Source of the DNA: Gammaproteobacteria bacterium
Lineage (GTDB): Bacteria > Pseudomonadota > Gammaproteobacteria > Methylococcales > Methylococcaceae
NCBI GenBank assembly: GCA_009922685.1
Contig: RFVA01000002.1
Location: 18,215-82,214 of the forward strand
Length of the DNA stretch: 64,000 nt
Direction of reading: 5' to 3'
Shown here: positions 48,833 through 59,806 of the stretch, one piece after another
Layout of the letters: each line of letters starts with the position of its first letter
Position numbering within the stretch: position 1 is the first letter of the stretch
The notes under the pieces: model-generated
Database searches by the model: none
The model's input: the letters and a program-made list of their open reading frames with translations, nothing else
What the model was told of the DNA's origin: nothing
Program-made: the position numbers and the translations under genes

Positions 48833-49566
48833 GTGCTCCACTTGCAATTGTGACCGGCGCCAGCCGGGGTATCGGTCGTGCGATCGCCGAGCGGCTGTCT
48901 AAAGATGGATTTTTTGTGGTGGGCACAGCGACCACGGATGCCGGGGCTTCGGCCATTACCGTCTATCTTGAGGAGGCCGGGCTTTTAGGGGTTGGGCGCC
49001 TACTGAATGTCGCTGAACCGCTTGGGATCGAAGCGTTTATTGAGGAGGTGACCGAGGCCTATGGGGTTCCAAAGGTCCTGGTCAATAATGCAGGCATCAC
49101 CCGTGACAACCTCTTGATGAGAATGAAGGATGAGGAGTGGGATGATATTTTAAAGACCAATCTCACGCCGGTCTTCCGTCTCGCCAAAGCCTGTATGCGC
49201 GGCATGATGAAAGCCCGTTCTGGTCGTATCGTCAATATCACTTCGGTCGTCGGAGTCACGGGCAATGCAGGTCAAACCAACTATGCGGCCGCTAAGGCGG
49301 GCATTATCGGGTTCACCAAATCCTTGGCGAAAGAAGTCGGTTCGCGCGGCATTACAGTGAACAGTGTGGCGCCTGGGTTTATCGATACCGATATGACCCG
49401 GGCCTTGTCAGACGATCAGCGGCAAGCCCTTTTGGGTAATATCCCATTAGCGCGACTTGGTTCTCCTGAGGAAATTGCCGGTGCGGTCAGTTTTCTCTGC
49501 TCGGCGGATGCGGGCTATATCACGGGTGAGACACTCCACGTGAATGGTGGGATGTATATGGCATAA
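48829..49566 (+). CDS. fabG: 3-oxoacyl-ACP reductase
   Basis: VTGASRGIGRAIA...NNAGITRDNLLMRMKDEEWD...YAAAKAG...LHVNGGMYM is an SDR with the FabG-specific motifs. Confidence 0.96.
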   Translation: MSAPLAIVTGASRGIGRAIAERLSKDGFFVVGTATTDAGASAITVYLEEAGLLGVGRLLNVAEPLGIEAFIEEVTEAYGVPKVLVNNAGITRDNLLMRMKDEEWDDILKTNLTPVFRLAKACMRGMMKARSGRIVNITSVVGVTGNAGQTNYAAAKAGIIGFTKSLAKEVGSRGITVNSVAPGFIDTDMTRALSDDQRQALLGNIPLARLGSPEEIAGAVSFLCSADAGYITGETLHVNGGMYMA

Positions 49567-49828
49567 TGCCGGGGCTGGAGAAGTGCCCCGCCATTTCAAC
49601 GCCTCAAGGTGCCGTCCGAGGGCCGAGTCGCGTTATAATGGCCGAAGGTGCTTTACGGGTCCCAATGAGGCTGTCGGGTTACTCCTTAAGAGAACAACTC
49701 CAGTGCCTTTTGGGATCTTGAAGTGCCAGCGGGTGGGTCATTTAGAAAGATAGAAACGCTTGTATTGCCAAGGTTTCAAATTAAAATCACAAACTTCTCG
49801 AACGAGATTTAACGACTGAGGATTAAAA

Positions 49829-50059
49829 ATGAGCGATGTAGCAGAGCGTGTTAAAAAGATCGTAACCGAACAGTTGGGCGTGAAGGAGGAAGTAACTAAC
49901 GAAGCATCCTTCGTCGACGATCTTGGCGCGGACTCGCTGGACACCGTCGAGCTGGTCATGGCCCTTGAAGAAGAATTCGAGTGCGAGATTCCGGACGAAG
50001 ACGCCGAAAAGATCACTACGGTCCAGCAGGCGATTGACTACATCAATTCTCACGTCTGA
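49829..50059 (+). CDS. acpP: Acyl carrier protein
   Basis: [18 protein letters not shown]...[20 protein letters not shown] carries the DSL phosphopantetheine site. Confidence 0.97.
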   Translation: MSDVAERVKKIVTEQLGVKEEVTNEASFVDDLGADSLDTVELVMALEEEFECEIPDEDAEKITTVQQAIDYINSHV

Positions 50060-50146
50060 TCGAAACCCATCCCTTATACCCCGGCAGACTCACTTGTCTT
50101 CCGGGGTTCTTTGGTTTTTGGGTGTTCGACAAAGGATTGAGACAGG

Positions 50147-51391
50147 ATGGTGAGTAAGAGACGAGTGGTTGTGACGGGTTTGGGGACTGTGTCGCCGGTT
50201 GGGCTGACGGTGCCTGAATCATGGGACAGTGTCCTAAACGGCAGAAGCGGCATCAGACCCCTAGAGGTCTTTGATGTCTCGGAATTTTCCACCCGAATTG
50301 GTGGCAGCGTCTGGGGTTTTAATATCGCCGATTACATCAGCGATAAGGAAGCCAAAAAAATGGATGCCTTCATCCATTACGGCATGGCCGCGGGTTGCCA
50401 GGCCTTTGAACACTCAGGCATTGAGGTGACTGAAGCCAATGCGGACCGCATCGGTGTCGCGATCGGATCGGGCATTGGTGGGATCACGGGCATTGAAAAT
50501 GGCCACAATGCGTTTCTCAAAGGGGGTCCTCGTAAGATCTCCCCTTTCTTTGTGCCCAGCAACATCATCAATATGATTTCTGGGAACCTGTCGATCAAAT
50601 ACGGTCTCAAGGGCCCAAACTTCGCCATTGTGACGGCCTGTACCACGGGAACACATAATATCGGTGAGGCCGCCCGAGTGATTCGCTATGGGGATGCCGA
50701 CGTCATGGTGGCTGGTGGCGCCGAAATGGCCACATCACCGACCTCGCTGGGTGGCTTTGCATCGGCGAAGGCGTTGTCGCGTCGTAATGAGGAGCCATTG
50801 ATCGCCAGCCGTCCTTTTGATCAGGATCGTGATGGCTTTGTCCTCAGTGATGGTGCGGGGGTTTTGGTACTCGAGGAGCTCGAACACGCTCGCCGACGGG
50901 GCGCAACGATCTATGCCGAATTGATTGGATTTGGGATGAGTGCGGATGCCTATCACATGACACAGCCCCCCGCTGATGGTGAAGGCGCTGCCCGTTGTAT
51001 GCAGCATGCCCTGAGGGATGCGGAGATCAATCCGGCGGATATCGATTACATCAATGCGCACGGAACTTCAACCCCGGCAGGGGACGTGGCTGAAACCCAA
51101 GCGGTGAAGACCGTTCTCGGGGATCACGCCTACCGGGTTGCGGTCAGTTCGACTAAATCGATGACCGGCCACATGCTGGGTGCAGCGGGCGGTATTGAAG
51201 CGATCTTCTCGGTTCTGGCGTTGAAGGAACAGGTCGCACCGCCGACCATCAACCTCGATCATCCCGATCCTCAATGTGATTTGGACTACATTCCCCATCA
51301 TGCTCGAGAAATGCCGCTTAAGATCGTGATGTCGAATTCCTTCGGGTTTGGTGGAACCAACGGCACCTTGATCTTTAAGCGTTACGACTAG
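50147..51391 (+). CDS. fabF: Beta-ketoacyl-ACP synthase II
   Basis: [16 protein letters not shown]...[11 protein letters not shown] (active Cys)...[11 protein letters not shown]...[15 protein letters not shown]. Confidence 0.96.
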   Translation: MVSKRRVVVTGLGTVSPVGLTVPESWDSVLNGRSGIRPLEVFDVSEFSTRIGGSVWGFNIADYISDKEAKKMDAFIHYGMAAGCQAFEHSGIEVTEANADRIGVAIGSGIGGITGIENGHNAFLKGGPRKISPFFVPSNIINMISGNLSIKYGLKGPNFAIVTACTTGTHNIGEAARVIRYGDADVMVAGGAEMATSPTSLGGFASAKALSRRNEEPLIASRPFDQDRDGFVLSDGAGVLVLEELEHARRRGATIYAELIGFGMSADAYHMTQPPADGEGAARCMQHALRDAEINPADIDYINAHGTSTPAGDVAETQAVKTVLGDHAYRVAVSSTKSMTGHMLGAAGGIEAIFSVLALKEQVAPPTINLDHPDPQCDLDYIPHHAREMPLKIVMSNSFGFGGTNGTLIFKRYD

Positions 51392-51447
51392 GCCAGAATC
51401 CCTGTGAAGCCGCGCCAGTCATTGTCAACGGTGAGGCGCGGCACACG

Positions 51448-52284
51448 ATGACCACTTGGGTGAATGGTGTCCCTTCGAAGACCATTGATCTTAGGGACCG
51501 CGGTTTCCAATATGGTGACGGTGTTTTCACAACCCTGCCCTTGAGGGATGGGGCCCCACTGTTTCTTGACCGCCATCTCAAGCGCCTATCAAGAGATGCC
51601 GCGCGCCTTCACTTGCCTCCTCTTGAACTTGACCCACTGCGCCTTGATATCCGGGCGATCAGCGCCTCTGAGCGCTCGGGCATTCTCAAAATACAAATCA
51701 CCCGAGGGATGGGCGGCAGGGGCTATCAGTCCCCTGATCCTGTGGAACCCACGATTGTCCTCCAGCTTCATCCGGAACCAAAACAAACCGACGATTGGGG
51801 CGAGGGGGTCAGGGTCACCTTGCTCCATACCCGTCTGGGGCTTAATCCTTCCCTCGCCGGGATCAAGCATATGAATCGTTTGGAGCAGATCATCGGCCGC
51901 GCCGAATGGCGCGATGATGCGATTGCCGAGGGTCTGATGCTGGACCTTGAAGATTTTCTGATCGAAGGGACCCGAACCAATGTATTTTTGGTGAAGGATG
52001 ATGTTCTCTTGACCCCCTTACTGGACCGATCGGGAATTGCCGGCGTGATGCGCTCCTTGATGTTTGAGGGGGGTGATGCTCTCGGTGTGGCGGTCAGGGA
52101 GTGCCGCTTGACCTTAAACGATCTGATGGCGGCTGATGAAGTCTTTTTGACCAACAGCGTGATCGGGATCTGGCCGGTCAGTGCCATCGATGCACTGACG
52201 CTGGCGGTCGGCCCCTTCACGATGAGGATGATGGCATGGTTGAAAGCAGCAATAAAAAGCGATCAAGCCGCCTCTATCGGCTAG
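51448..52284 (+). CDS. pabC: Aminodeoxychorismate lyase (class IV aminotransferase fold)
   Basis: DRGFQYGDGVFTT...GIKHMNRLEQI...EGTRTNVF is the class IV fold. It sits in the conserved fabF-pabC-mltG-tmk-holB position. Confidence 0.85.
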   Translation: MTTWVNGVPSKTIDLRDRGFQYGDGVFTTLPLRDGAPLFLDRHLKRLSRDAARLHLPPLELDPLRLDIRAISASERSGILKIQITRGMGGRGYQSPDPVEPTIVLQLHPEPKQTDDWGEGVRVTLLHTRLGLNPSLAGIKHMNRLEQIIGRAEWRDDAIAEGLMLDLEDFLIEGTRTNVFLVKDDVLLTPLLDRSGIAGVMRSLMFEGGDALGVAVRECRLTLNDLMAADEVFLTNSVIGIWPVSAIDALTLAVGPFTMRMMAWLKAAIKSDQAASIG

Positions 52285-53270
52285 GCCTCTTGGCGGCGGC
52301 CGGAGCCCTCTTGATCCTTGGGCTTTATGAGGACGCCACGATGACCCTCGATAGTCCCCTGAGGATGAATGAGCCGGTGACGATTTCCCTTCGAAAAGGC
52401 GACGGTCTTTCGGTATTGGCTGAACAGTTAAAGCAAAAGCAGCTTCTGGTCGAGCCTTTCTGGTTCAAGCTCTTGGTCCTTCGCACGGGAAGTCTTCAGC
52501 GCCTGAGGTTCGGGGTTTATCGGGTGATGCCGGGGACGACCCAGCGAGGACTGTTAGATCTCATCGTCAGAGGACGAACGGTTGAGACACCGATCACGAT
52601 CGCAGAGGGTCTTCGGTTTGAGGATCTGATTCAGATCCTGAAGGAACAAGACACCCTTCGCCATGACCTAAAGGATCAGGCGTATCTTGATATCATGCGC
52701 GCGCTTGGTGAGCCGGACGCTCATCCTGAAGGGCAGTTCTTCCCCGATACCTACTATGCCTCTGAAAGGACTACGGAGCTTGATATTCTAAAAAAAGCGC
52801 ACAAGAAAATGCATGCGGTTCTTCAAGAGGAGTGGCAGGACCGTGCCCCAGATCTTCCTCTGGCATCTCCCTATGAAGCCTTGATTTTGGCGTCCATTGT
52901 TGAAAAAGAAACCGGTCATCCTGAAGAGCGGGCTGAGATTGCGGGTGTCTTTGTTCGTCGACTTCTTCAGGGCATGCGCCTTCAGACAGACCCCACGGTG
53001 ATCTATGGGATGGGGGAAGCGTACCATGGCAACATCCGGAAAGAGGATCTTCGCAGGGATACCCCTTACAACACCTATACTCGAAACGGTTTACCACCCA
53101 CACCGATCGCGCTGCCGGGACGTGAGGCTATCCATGCGGCGCTCCACCCGGCGGCGGGGACGAGTCTCTACTTTGTGGCCCGTGGCGGTGGCCGTCATCG
53201 TTTTTCCTCGACATTGGAGGAGCATGAGCGGGCCGTGGATCAATTTCAACGACACCCTGAGAGGCCATGA
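52236..53270 (+). CDS. mltG: Endolytic murein transglycosylase MltG (YceG)
   Basis: N-terminal TM segment, then ...ILASIVEKETGHPEERAEIAGVFVRRL..GMRLQTDPTVIYG...YNTYTRNGLPPTPIALPG is the YceG signature. It overlaps the pabC 3' end by 49 nt if the first ATG is used. Confidence 0.9.
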   Translation: MVESSNKKRSSRLYRLGLLAAAGALLILGLYEDATMTLDSPLRMNEPVTISLRKGDGLSVLAEQLKQKQLLVEPFWFKLLVLRTGSLQRLRFGVYRVMPGTTQRGLLDLIVRGRTVETPITIAEGLRFEDLIQILKEQDTLRHDLKDQAYLDIMRALGEPDAHPEGQFFPDTYYASERTTELDILKKAHKKMHAVLQEEWQDRAPDLPLASPYEALILASIVEKETGHPEERAEIAGVFVRRLLQGMRLQTDPTVIYGMGEAYHGNIRKEDLRRDTPYNTYTRNGLPPTPIALPGREAIHAALHPAAGTSLYFVARGGGRHRFSSTLEEHERAVDQFQRHPERP

Positions 53271-53890
53271 CCGGAAAATTGATTACCCTTGAAGGGGGTG
53301 AGGGTGTGGGTAAAACCACGAATCTCGCTTTCATTGAGCATTATTTCGAGGATCGCGGCATCCCTCTTTTAAGGACTCGGGAGCCAGGTGGGACCCCTTT
53401 GGGTGAAAACATCCGTGAGCTCTTGCTTCAGGGTGATGCGATGGATCTCAAGGCGGAGCTCTTGTTAGTGTTTGCCGCTAGAGCCCAGCATATCTCAGCC
53501 GTGATTCGGCCGGCACTCCAGCAGGGTACCTGGGTTCTCTCCGATCGATTTACCGATGCGAGCTACGCCTATCAGGGCGGCGGGCGGGGTATTTCTTTTC
53601 AGATGATTGAAACCCTTGAAACCTGGGTTCAGGAAACGCTTGAACCTGACCTCACGCTCCTTTTGGATCTCCCGGTAGAGACCGGGATGGCCAGGGCCAG
53701 AGACCGTGGTCAGCTCGACCGGTTTGAATCAGAACAACTTGATTTTTTTGAGCGCGTCAGAGGCGCCTATCTCGCGAGGGCCAAGGCCTATCCCGAGAGA
53801 TTTCGACGGATTGATGCTTCAGCGTCCCTTGAATCGGTGCAGGCGCACATCAAGAGCCATCTCGACGCCTTTGTAGAGGGCAAAGAATGA
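53267..53890 (+). CDS. tmk: Thymidylate kinase
   Basis: MTGKLITLEGGEGVGKTT...TREPGGTPLGE...DRFTDASYAYQG. Confidence 0.95.
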   Translation: MTGKLITLEGGEGVGKTTNLAFIEHYFEDRGIPLLRTREPGGTPLGENIRELLLQGDAMDLKAELLLVFAARAQHISAVIRPALQQGTWVLSDRFTDASYAYQGGGRGISFQMIETLETWVQETLEPDLTLLLDLPVETGMARARDRGQLDRFESEQLDFFERVRGAYLARAKAYPERFRRIDASASLESVQAHIKSHLDAFVEGKE

Positions 53891-54909
53891 TCGCCGAACC
53901 GGCGCTTTACCCCTGGCTTCAGACCGCTTTTGATCATCTTGATGCTTTGAGGCGTGATGACCGGGTTCCTGGCGCTCTCCTTATCCAAGGTGCCGAGGGG
54001 CTGGGCAAACGTTCTTTGGCGCTGCACTTTGCGGCCCGCCTGCTCTGCCTTGAACCCTTCAATCCCTCACCCTGTGGGGTCTGTCAGGGCTGCCATCTCT
54101 TTAAGGCTGGGACCCACCCCGATCTCACAACCCTCGAGCCGGAGGAAGTGGGTAAGATCATCAAGGTCGATCAGGTGCGAAAGGTGATACAAGACCTCGG
54201 TCTCATGTCGCTTTACCATGGTTATCGGGTGATCGTGATCGATCCAGCGGATCAAATGAACCAGAATGCGGCCAACGCACTCCTTAAAACGCTGGAGGAG
54301 CCAGCGCCTAAAAACCTGATCATTTTGGTCACGCATCGTCCTCATCGGTTGCTGGCAACCATTCGAAGTCGTTGTCAGACCTTATCGATTGCACGACCTA
54401 AAAAGGACATCGCGCTGGCCTTTATCAAAGAGAAAACGACCATTTCAAGCCCCGAGCGGCTCTTGAGTTCTGCGGAGGGCTCGCCACTGAGGGCCCTTGA
54501 GATGGCTGAAAAAGGCTTATTGGGTATTCGAGATCAACGCTTTGAAGCTTTCAGCCAGGTCCTCAAGGGTCAGGAAGATCCGGTGGCGATGGCTCAAACT
54601 TGGGCAGAAGAATCGCCTTTTGAAACCCTTGATTGGGTTTTATCGTGGCTTCTCGATCTGGTTCGACTTGGCTTATCGGATGAGGCGCCGGCACTCCTCA
54701 ATGAAGATCTAGGTGAGGCCCTTAAAGAACTGATTAAGGGGCTCGACGTCGGAGAACTGATCCATTACCGCGATGCCGTGTCAGGTTACCGCGCTCAGCT
54801 CGAGACCACGGCTAACCGCCAGTTGATTTTCGAAGCCGTTCTGATTCGCCTTTCGGCCCTAAGCCCCTATCAACGGGTCGCTCAAAGGCCCAAAGTCGCC
54901 TCTATTTAA
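53887..54909 (+). CDS. holB: DNA polymerase III delta' subunit
   Basis: [30 protein letters not shown]...[18 protein letters not shown]...[10 protein letters not shown]...SRCQ are the clamp-loader motifs. Confidence 0.9.
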   Translation: MIAEPALYPWLQTAFDHLDALRRDDRVPGALLIQGAEGLGKRSLALHFAARLLCLEPFNPSPCGVCQGCHLFKAGTHPDLTTLEPEEVGKIIKVDQVRKVIQDLGLMSLYHGYRVIVIDPADQMNQNAANALLKTLEEPAPKNLIILVTHRPHRLLATIRSRCQTLSIARPKKDIALAFIKEKTTISSPERLLSSAEGSPLRALEMAEKGLLGIRDQRFEAFSQVLKGQEDPVAMAQTWAEESPFETLDWVLSWLLDLVRLGLSDEAPALLNEDLGEALKELIKGLDVGELIHYRDAVSGYRAQLETTANRQLIFEAVLIRLSALSPYQRVAQRPKVASI

Positions 54910-56941
54910 TCCGCATTCCAGGCTCAGCTCCTTGGTCCGGGAACAGGATGAAGGGGCCCCCTCGCTCATCGCTGGCTGCGAGCACCATGCCTTCAGAGAC
55001 ACCAAACTTCATTTTTCGGGGAGCGAGATTGGCGACCATGACCGTTAGTTTGCCCTCGAGCACTTTGGGATCGTAGGCCGATTTGATCCCTGCAAAGACC
55101 GTTCGGGTTTCGGTTCCAAGATCAAGGCTCAAGCGCAGAAGTTTTTCTGCGCCCTCAACATGATCCGCCGCCACGATTTTTGCGACCCGGAGATCGATCT
55201 TGGTGAAATCATCCATCCCGATCGTCTCTGCGATCGGGTTGCTGTTGGCTACAGGCGTCGCCGATGGGGCCGTAGCCTCCAGATTCTGCCGGTTGGATTC
55301 AATGAGTTGCTGAATTTTTTGAGGTTCCACGCGGGTCATCAGATGCTCATAAGGGAGGATGCTTTGGGGTGAGCGTTCAAGATCCGACCACAAAAAATCC
55401 CGCGCCATGCCAAAGAATTCTCGGGCAACCCGATGCGTCAACTGTGGCAAGAAGGGAGCCAGGAGAATCGACAACGCATGGAAGCCATGAAGACTTCGGG
55501 TGCAGATCCTCAGGAGGTCCTTTTCGGGGTTCTCCGTCTTAGCTACCTTCCAGGGTGCTTGATCGTTGACGTACTCATTGATGCTATCGGCGATTCGCAT
55601 GATCTCCCGAGTGGCCTTCGCGTAATCGCGCTGTTCATAAGCGTCTGAAATGGATAAGGCGCTATCAGTGATCATCGCCATCTGAGTCCTTCCATCAGCG
55701 CTTGAAACAAAATCGGGATCTAGCTGACCGTCTAAGAACTTGGTCACGAAACCTGCGGTTCGGCTGGCGATATTGATGTACTTTCCAACCAGATCAGCAT
55801 TCACCCTGAGAGCAAAATCTTCAAGATTGAGATCAATGTCTTCCATGCTGCCATTGAGTTTGCAGGCATAGTAGTATCGCAGCCATTCGGGGTTGAGGCC
55901 CTCTTGGAGATAACTTTCGGCGGTAATAAAGGTCCCTCTCGACTTGGACATTTTTTCGCCATTCACCGTCAGAAAGCCGTGGGCAAAGATCTTGGTGGGT
56001 GTTCTAAAATCCGCATGCTCTAGCATCGCCGGCCAGAAGAGGGCATGAAAATAGAGAATATCCTTCCCAATAAAGTGATAAAGCTCGGCATCGCTTCCCT
56101 GTTTCCAGTAAGCGTCAAAGTCGATTCCCTTCACTTCGGCGTATTTCTTAAAGCTCCCCATGTAGCCGATTGGAGCATCAAGCCAGACATAAAAGAACTT
56201 GCCAGGAGCCCCAGGGATCTCAAATCCGAAATAGGGAGCATCGCGTGAAATATCCCAATCGGCAAGGCCCGCTTCAAACCATTCCGCCATCTTGTTGGCG
56301 GCTTCCGATTGGAGGTGACCGGCCCGTGTCCAGGTTTTGAGGAAGTCTCCACACTGACCCAATTTAAAAAAGTAATGCACAGATTCTTTCCGAATCGGGG
56401 TGGCGCCTGAGATGGCTGACACTGGATTCAGGAGATCGGTCGGCGAATAGGTCGCGCCGCACGCCTCGCAGGAGTCGCCATACTGGTCTTTAGCGTGACA
56501 TCTGGGGCATTCCCCTTTAATGAAGCGATCCGGTAGGAACATTTCCTTGAGGGGATCGAAGTATTGCTCGATCGCACGGGATTCAATGAGTCCACGCTCT
56601 TTCAGGCGGCCGTAAATCGTTTCTGCTAGCGTCCTGGTTTCCGGAGAATGGGTGGAATAGTAATGATCAAAGGCCACATAAAAACCTTTGAAGTCTCGCT
56701 CATGTTCAACCTGAACCCGCTGAATGAGGGCCTCTGGAGTGATCCCCTCCTTTTCAGCCCGCAGCATGATCGGCGTCCCATGGGTGTCATCTGCACAAAC
56801 ATAATGGCACGTGTGCCCCCGCATCTTCTGGAACCTTGCCCAGATGTCGGTCTGGATGTATTCCACCAGATGACCGAGATGGATCGGACCATTGGCATAG
56901 GGGAGGGCGCTAGTGATGAGAATGTGACGGGCTTGAGTCAT
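54902..56941 (-). CDS. metG: Methionine--tRNA ligase
   Basis: [22 protein letters not shown] (HIGH), zinc knuckles CPRC...CEAC, KMSKS and a C-terminal EMAP/Trbp111-like tRNA-binding domain. Its stop overlaps the convergent holB by 8 nt. Confidence 0.97.
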   Translation of the reverse strand: MTQARHILITSALPYANGPIHLGHLVEYIQTDIWARFQKMRGHTCHYVCADDTHGTPIMLRAEKEGITPEALIQRVQVEHERDFKGFYVAFDHYYSTHSPETRTLAETIYGRLKERGLIESRAIEQYFDPLKEMFLPDRFIKGECPRCHAKDQYGDSCEACGATYSPTDLLNPVSAISGATPIRKESVHYFFKLGQCGDFLKTWTRAGHLQSEAANKMAEWFEAGLADWDISRDAPYFGFEIPGAPGKFFYVWLDAPIGYMGSFKKYAEVKGIDFDAYWKQGSDAELYHFIGKDILYFHALFWPAMLEHADFRTPTKIFAHGFLTVNGEKMSKSRGTFITAESYLQEGLNPEWLRYYYACKLNGSMEDIDLNLEDFALRVNADLVGKYINIASRTAGFVTKFLDGQLDPDFVSSADGRTQMAMITDSALSISDAYEQRDYAKATREIMRIADSINEYVNDQAPWKVAKTENPEKDLLRICTRSLHGFHALSILLAPFLPQLTHRVAREFFGMARDFLWSDLERSPQSILPYEHLMTRVEPQKIQQLIESNRQNLEATAPSATPVANSNPIAETIGMDDFTKIDLRVAKIVAADHVEGAEKLLRLSLDLGTETRTVFAGIKSAYDPKVLEGKLTVMVANLAPRKMKFGVSEGMVLAASDERGGPFILFPDQGAEPGMRIK

Positions 56942-56998
56942 CTTGGGCTTCCTTCACCGCACAGAGGGTGCGGTCTTACATGGGGGGTTATCAGGGAT

Positions 56999-57862
56999 TC
57001 AGGAGGGATCGAGCTGTCTTTTACCGGCCCAATCTTTGGCAAACTGTGAGGCAACCCGGCCGCTCCTAGAGCCCCGAAGCAACGCATAGGCCAATGCCTC
57101 GGTTCGGGCAGATTCTCGGTCCTTCTGAAAGCCAAGGCGCTCGAGCCAGTATTCGACAACGTCGAGATATTGTTGCTGATCAAAGGTGTGAAAAGCGAGC
57201 CAGACTCCAAATCGTTCTGAGAGCGACAGTTTTTCTTCTACGGCTTCACCCTGATGGAGTTCCCCATCGACCCAGCGAGCCTGATGATTCTCTTCAAGAT
57301 ACTCCGGTAACAGATGGCGACGATTAGAGGTCGCATAAATCAGGAGGTTACTCGGAGGCTGAGCCATGGACCCTTCCAGAATGGCTTTGAGAGCCTTGTA
57401 GTTGGCGTCATCCGCCTCAAAGGAAAGGTCGTCGCAATAGAGAATGAATTTCTCCGGACGATCCTTCAGCAGGGTCTGAATGTCGGCGAGTTCTTGAAGG
57501 TCTTGTCGAGCGACCTCAATAATTCGGAGTCCTTCATCGCCATAAGCGTTCAGAAGGGCCTGGATCAGTGACGACTTTCCGGTACCACGGGCGCCCCAGA
57601 GGAGCGCGTTGTTAGCGGGTAGTCCCTTCAGAAACTGCCGGGTATTCGAAATAAGGGCGGCCTTTTGACGATCGATCCCTTTGAGATCCTCAAGGCGGAT
57701 CGTTTTGATGGGATCAATCGGGGATAAGGGACAGGGCTTATCTTGACCCAGCCAGCGAAAGGCCCGGCCTGATGCAAGATCCGGAGGGCTCGGTGGGGTT
57801 GGAACCAGCTTCGCCAAGGTGGCGTTGAGCTGCCTTAATTCCAGGAGGACCTGTTCCAGCAT
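56999..57862 (-). CDS. AAA-type ATPase, DUF815 family
   Basis: 287 aa with Walker A LLWGARGTGKSSLIQAL and Walker B ILYCDDLSF. The overall pattern is that of the conserved DUF815 ATP-binding protein (recalled). Confidence 0.75.
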   Translation of the reverse strand: MLEQVLLELRQLNATLAKLVPTPPSPPDLASGRAFRWLGQDKPCPLSPIDPIKTIRLEDLKGIDRQKAALISNTRQFLKGLPANNALLWGARGTGKSSLIQALLNAYGDEGLRIIEVARQDLQELADIQTLLKDRPEKFILYCDDLSFEADDANYKALKAILEGSMAQPPSNLLIYATSNRRHLLPEYLEENHQARWVDGELHQGEAVEEKLSLSERFGVWLAFHTFDQQQYLDVVEYWLERLGFQKDRESARTEALAYALLRGSRSGRVASQFAKDWAGKRQLDPS

Positions 57863-57876
57863 CCTGAGTCTCTCAC

Positions 57877-59709
57877 CTACTCGCTATCCGGTTTGGGTTT
57901 AGCCCGATATTTAGACGGCGGTAGGACGAGGCCTTCGACTTTCTTCTTACGGGTCGGTGGTTTCTTGTCGCTGGGCTTGTCGCTCCCATAGCTCCGTTTT
58001 GGGCCTGGGGCCGGTTTTCGGGCGCCGGCTTCGACCGGTTGCAGGTTGATTCTTTGGCCCCGAATGAAGGTTCTTGAGAGCGCCTGGAAAACCTCATTCG
58101 GAAGGCCTTGTGGCAGTTCTACCGTGCTGTAGGTATCAAACAGTTTGATGGAGCCGATTTGGCGGGCACCGATACCGCCTTCATTGGCGATGGCCCCGAC
58201 AATGTCCTTCGGCATGACGCCGTGGGACCGCCCCACATCAATGGTGAACTGGCGCAGATCGCCTTCTGGCCGCTTGAAATCAGGGGTGTCCCGATCGCGC
58301 CTTTGAGATTGTCGAGGTTCTGGGCGGTCGCGGCCTCGTGGCCGATCATCCTGAAAGTCTCTGGAGTACTCTCGTGTCGGTGGCTCGGGTTCATCGCTGA
58401 CGGCTAAGGGGCGGTCGCGGTAGAGGAGATGGGCGATGGCGGCTGCAAGATCCGCCGCTTCGCCAACGTTTTCAGTCACCATGCTGTCAATGAGACCCCG
58501 ATAGAATCCGAGATCTTGATTCTCCATGGTTTCAATCAGCTGTGATTTGAACTGCTCAATGCGCTTGTCGGCGATGTCCCTGAGGGTGGGTAGTCGCATC
58601 TGCTGGATAGGTTGGCGAGTGGCCCTTTCAATGGCCATCAGCATTCTCCGCTCGCGCGGTGTCACAAAGAGAATGGCCGTTCCCTTGCGGCCGGCACGGC
58701 CGGTCCTTCCGATGCGGTGGACGTAGGTCTCCGTGTCGTAAGGGATATCATAGTTGACGACATGGGTAATCCGTTCAACATCGAGACCGCGGGCAGCGAC
58801 GTCGGTTGCAATGACGATGTCGAGAGCGCCTTTCTTGAGGCGGTCGATGACTTTCTCTCGAAGGATTTGGGTCATGTCGCCGTTGAGTGCAGCCGCTTCA
58901 TAGCCTCTGGCCTCGAGCTTTTCCGCGAGTTCGACAGTTTCAGTCTTCGTCCTGACAAAGATGATCATGGCATCAATGTCGTCGGCGTCGAGAATCCGGG
59001 TCAGGGCCTCCAGTTTCTGAAGACCCGAGACGAGCCAAAACTGTTGATTGATGGCTTCGACCGTGGAGGTCTTGCTCTGAATCTTGATTTCGGCCGGATT
59101 GTTGAGGTGTCGGTTGGCGATTTTCTTAATCACCGGAGGCATGGTTGCCGAAAACAAGGCGGTCTGTCTTGTTTCTGGTGTGTGTTCGAGAATCCATTCA
59201 ACATCCTCGATGAAGCCCATACGGAGCATTTCATCGGCCTCATCGAGCACCAAGGTCTGCAGATGATCGAGATTAAGGGTTTCCCTCCGGAGGTGGTCCA
59301 TGACGCGCCCAGGCGTGCCGACAATGACATGAACACCGCGGGCCAGCTGGCGAAGCTGCTGCCCCATCCCTTGTCCGCCGTAAACCGGGAGGATATGGAA
59401 TCCCTCGATGTGCCGAGCGTAGGTCTGGAAGGCTTCGGCGACCTGGATGGCGAGTTCGCGCGTGGGTGCGAGGACCAGGGCCTGGGGAACCCTCTTGGAG
59501 ACATCAATTCGGCTCAAAATGGGCAATGCAAAAGCGGCGGTCTTACCGGTCCCGGTCTGGGCTTGACCCAAAAGATCACGGCCCGCCAGAAGGTGAGGAA
59601 TGCTCGCCGCCTGGATGGGGGAGGGGGACTCATAACCAATCTCCCGAACGGTCTCAAGGATCGCGGGGGAAAGTTGTAAGTCATCAAAGGATAGGGGGGT
59701 GTCGGTCAT
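57877..59709 (-). CDS. deaD: DEAD-box ATP-dependent RNA helicase DeaD/CsdA
   Basis: FDDLQLSPAILETVREIGYESPSPIQ (Q motif), AQTGTGKT, DEAD, SAT, HRIGRTGRAG, a DbpA-like C-terminal RNA-binding domain and a basic tail. ATG at 59709 is preferred; the 25-aa track extension is non-homologous. Confidence 0.93.
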   Translation of the reverse strand: MTDTPLSFDDLQLSPAILETVREIGYESPSPIQAASIPHLLAGRDLLGQAQTGTGKTAAFALPILSRIDVSKRVPQALVLAPTRELAIQVAEAFQTYARHIEGFHILPVYGGQGMGQQLRQLARGVHVIVGTPGRVMDHLRRETLNLDHLQTLVLDEADEMLRMGFIEDVEWILEHTPETRQTALFSATMPPVIKKIANRHLNNPAEIKIQSKTSTVEAINQQFWLVSGLQKLEALTRILDADDIDAMIIFVRTKTETVELAEKLEARGYEAAALNGDMTQILREKVIDRLKKGALDIVIATDVAARGLDVERITHVVNYDIPYDTETYVHRIGRTGRAGRKGTAILFVTPRERRMLMAIERATRQPIQQMRLPTLRDIADKRIEQFKSQLIETMENQDLGFYRGLIDSMVTENVGEAADLAAAIAHLLYRDRPLAVSDEPEPPTREYSRDFQDDRPRGRDRPEPRQSQRRDRDTPDFKRPEGDLRQFTIDVGRSHGVMPKDIVGAIANEGGIGARQIGSIKLFDTYSTVELPQGLPNEVFQALSRTFIRGQRINLQPVEAGARKPAPGPKRSYGSDKPSDKKPPTRKKKVEGLVLPPSKYRAKPKPDSE

Positions 59710-59806
59710 GGATCTTCGTGCACATTGAATACAGGACCGGTCATCCGCCACCTGGCAGGATGACCGGAAAGACCTGCGAGGCATTCCCGCAGGCTGAAGG
59801 GTCCGC

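Noticed and set aside
58612-59679. 355-aa + strand ORF antisense to deaD. Similar long antisense ORFs occur at 25023..25676, 26765..27412, 27336..28070, 32119..32658, 42921..43604 and 45035..45619.
   Set aside because: All lie entirely inside strongly supported genes on the opposite strand. Their composition is low-complexity and rich in Arg, Gly, Pro and Ser, as is typical of shadow frames in GC-rich DNA. None has a recognisable motif or a plausible SD.
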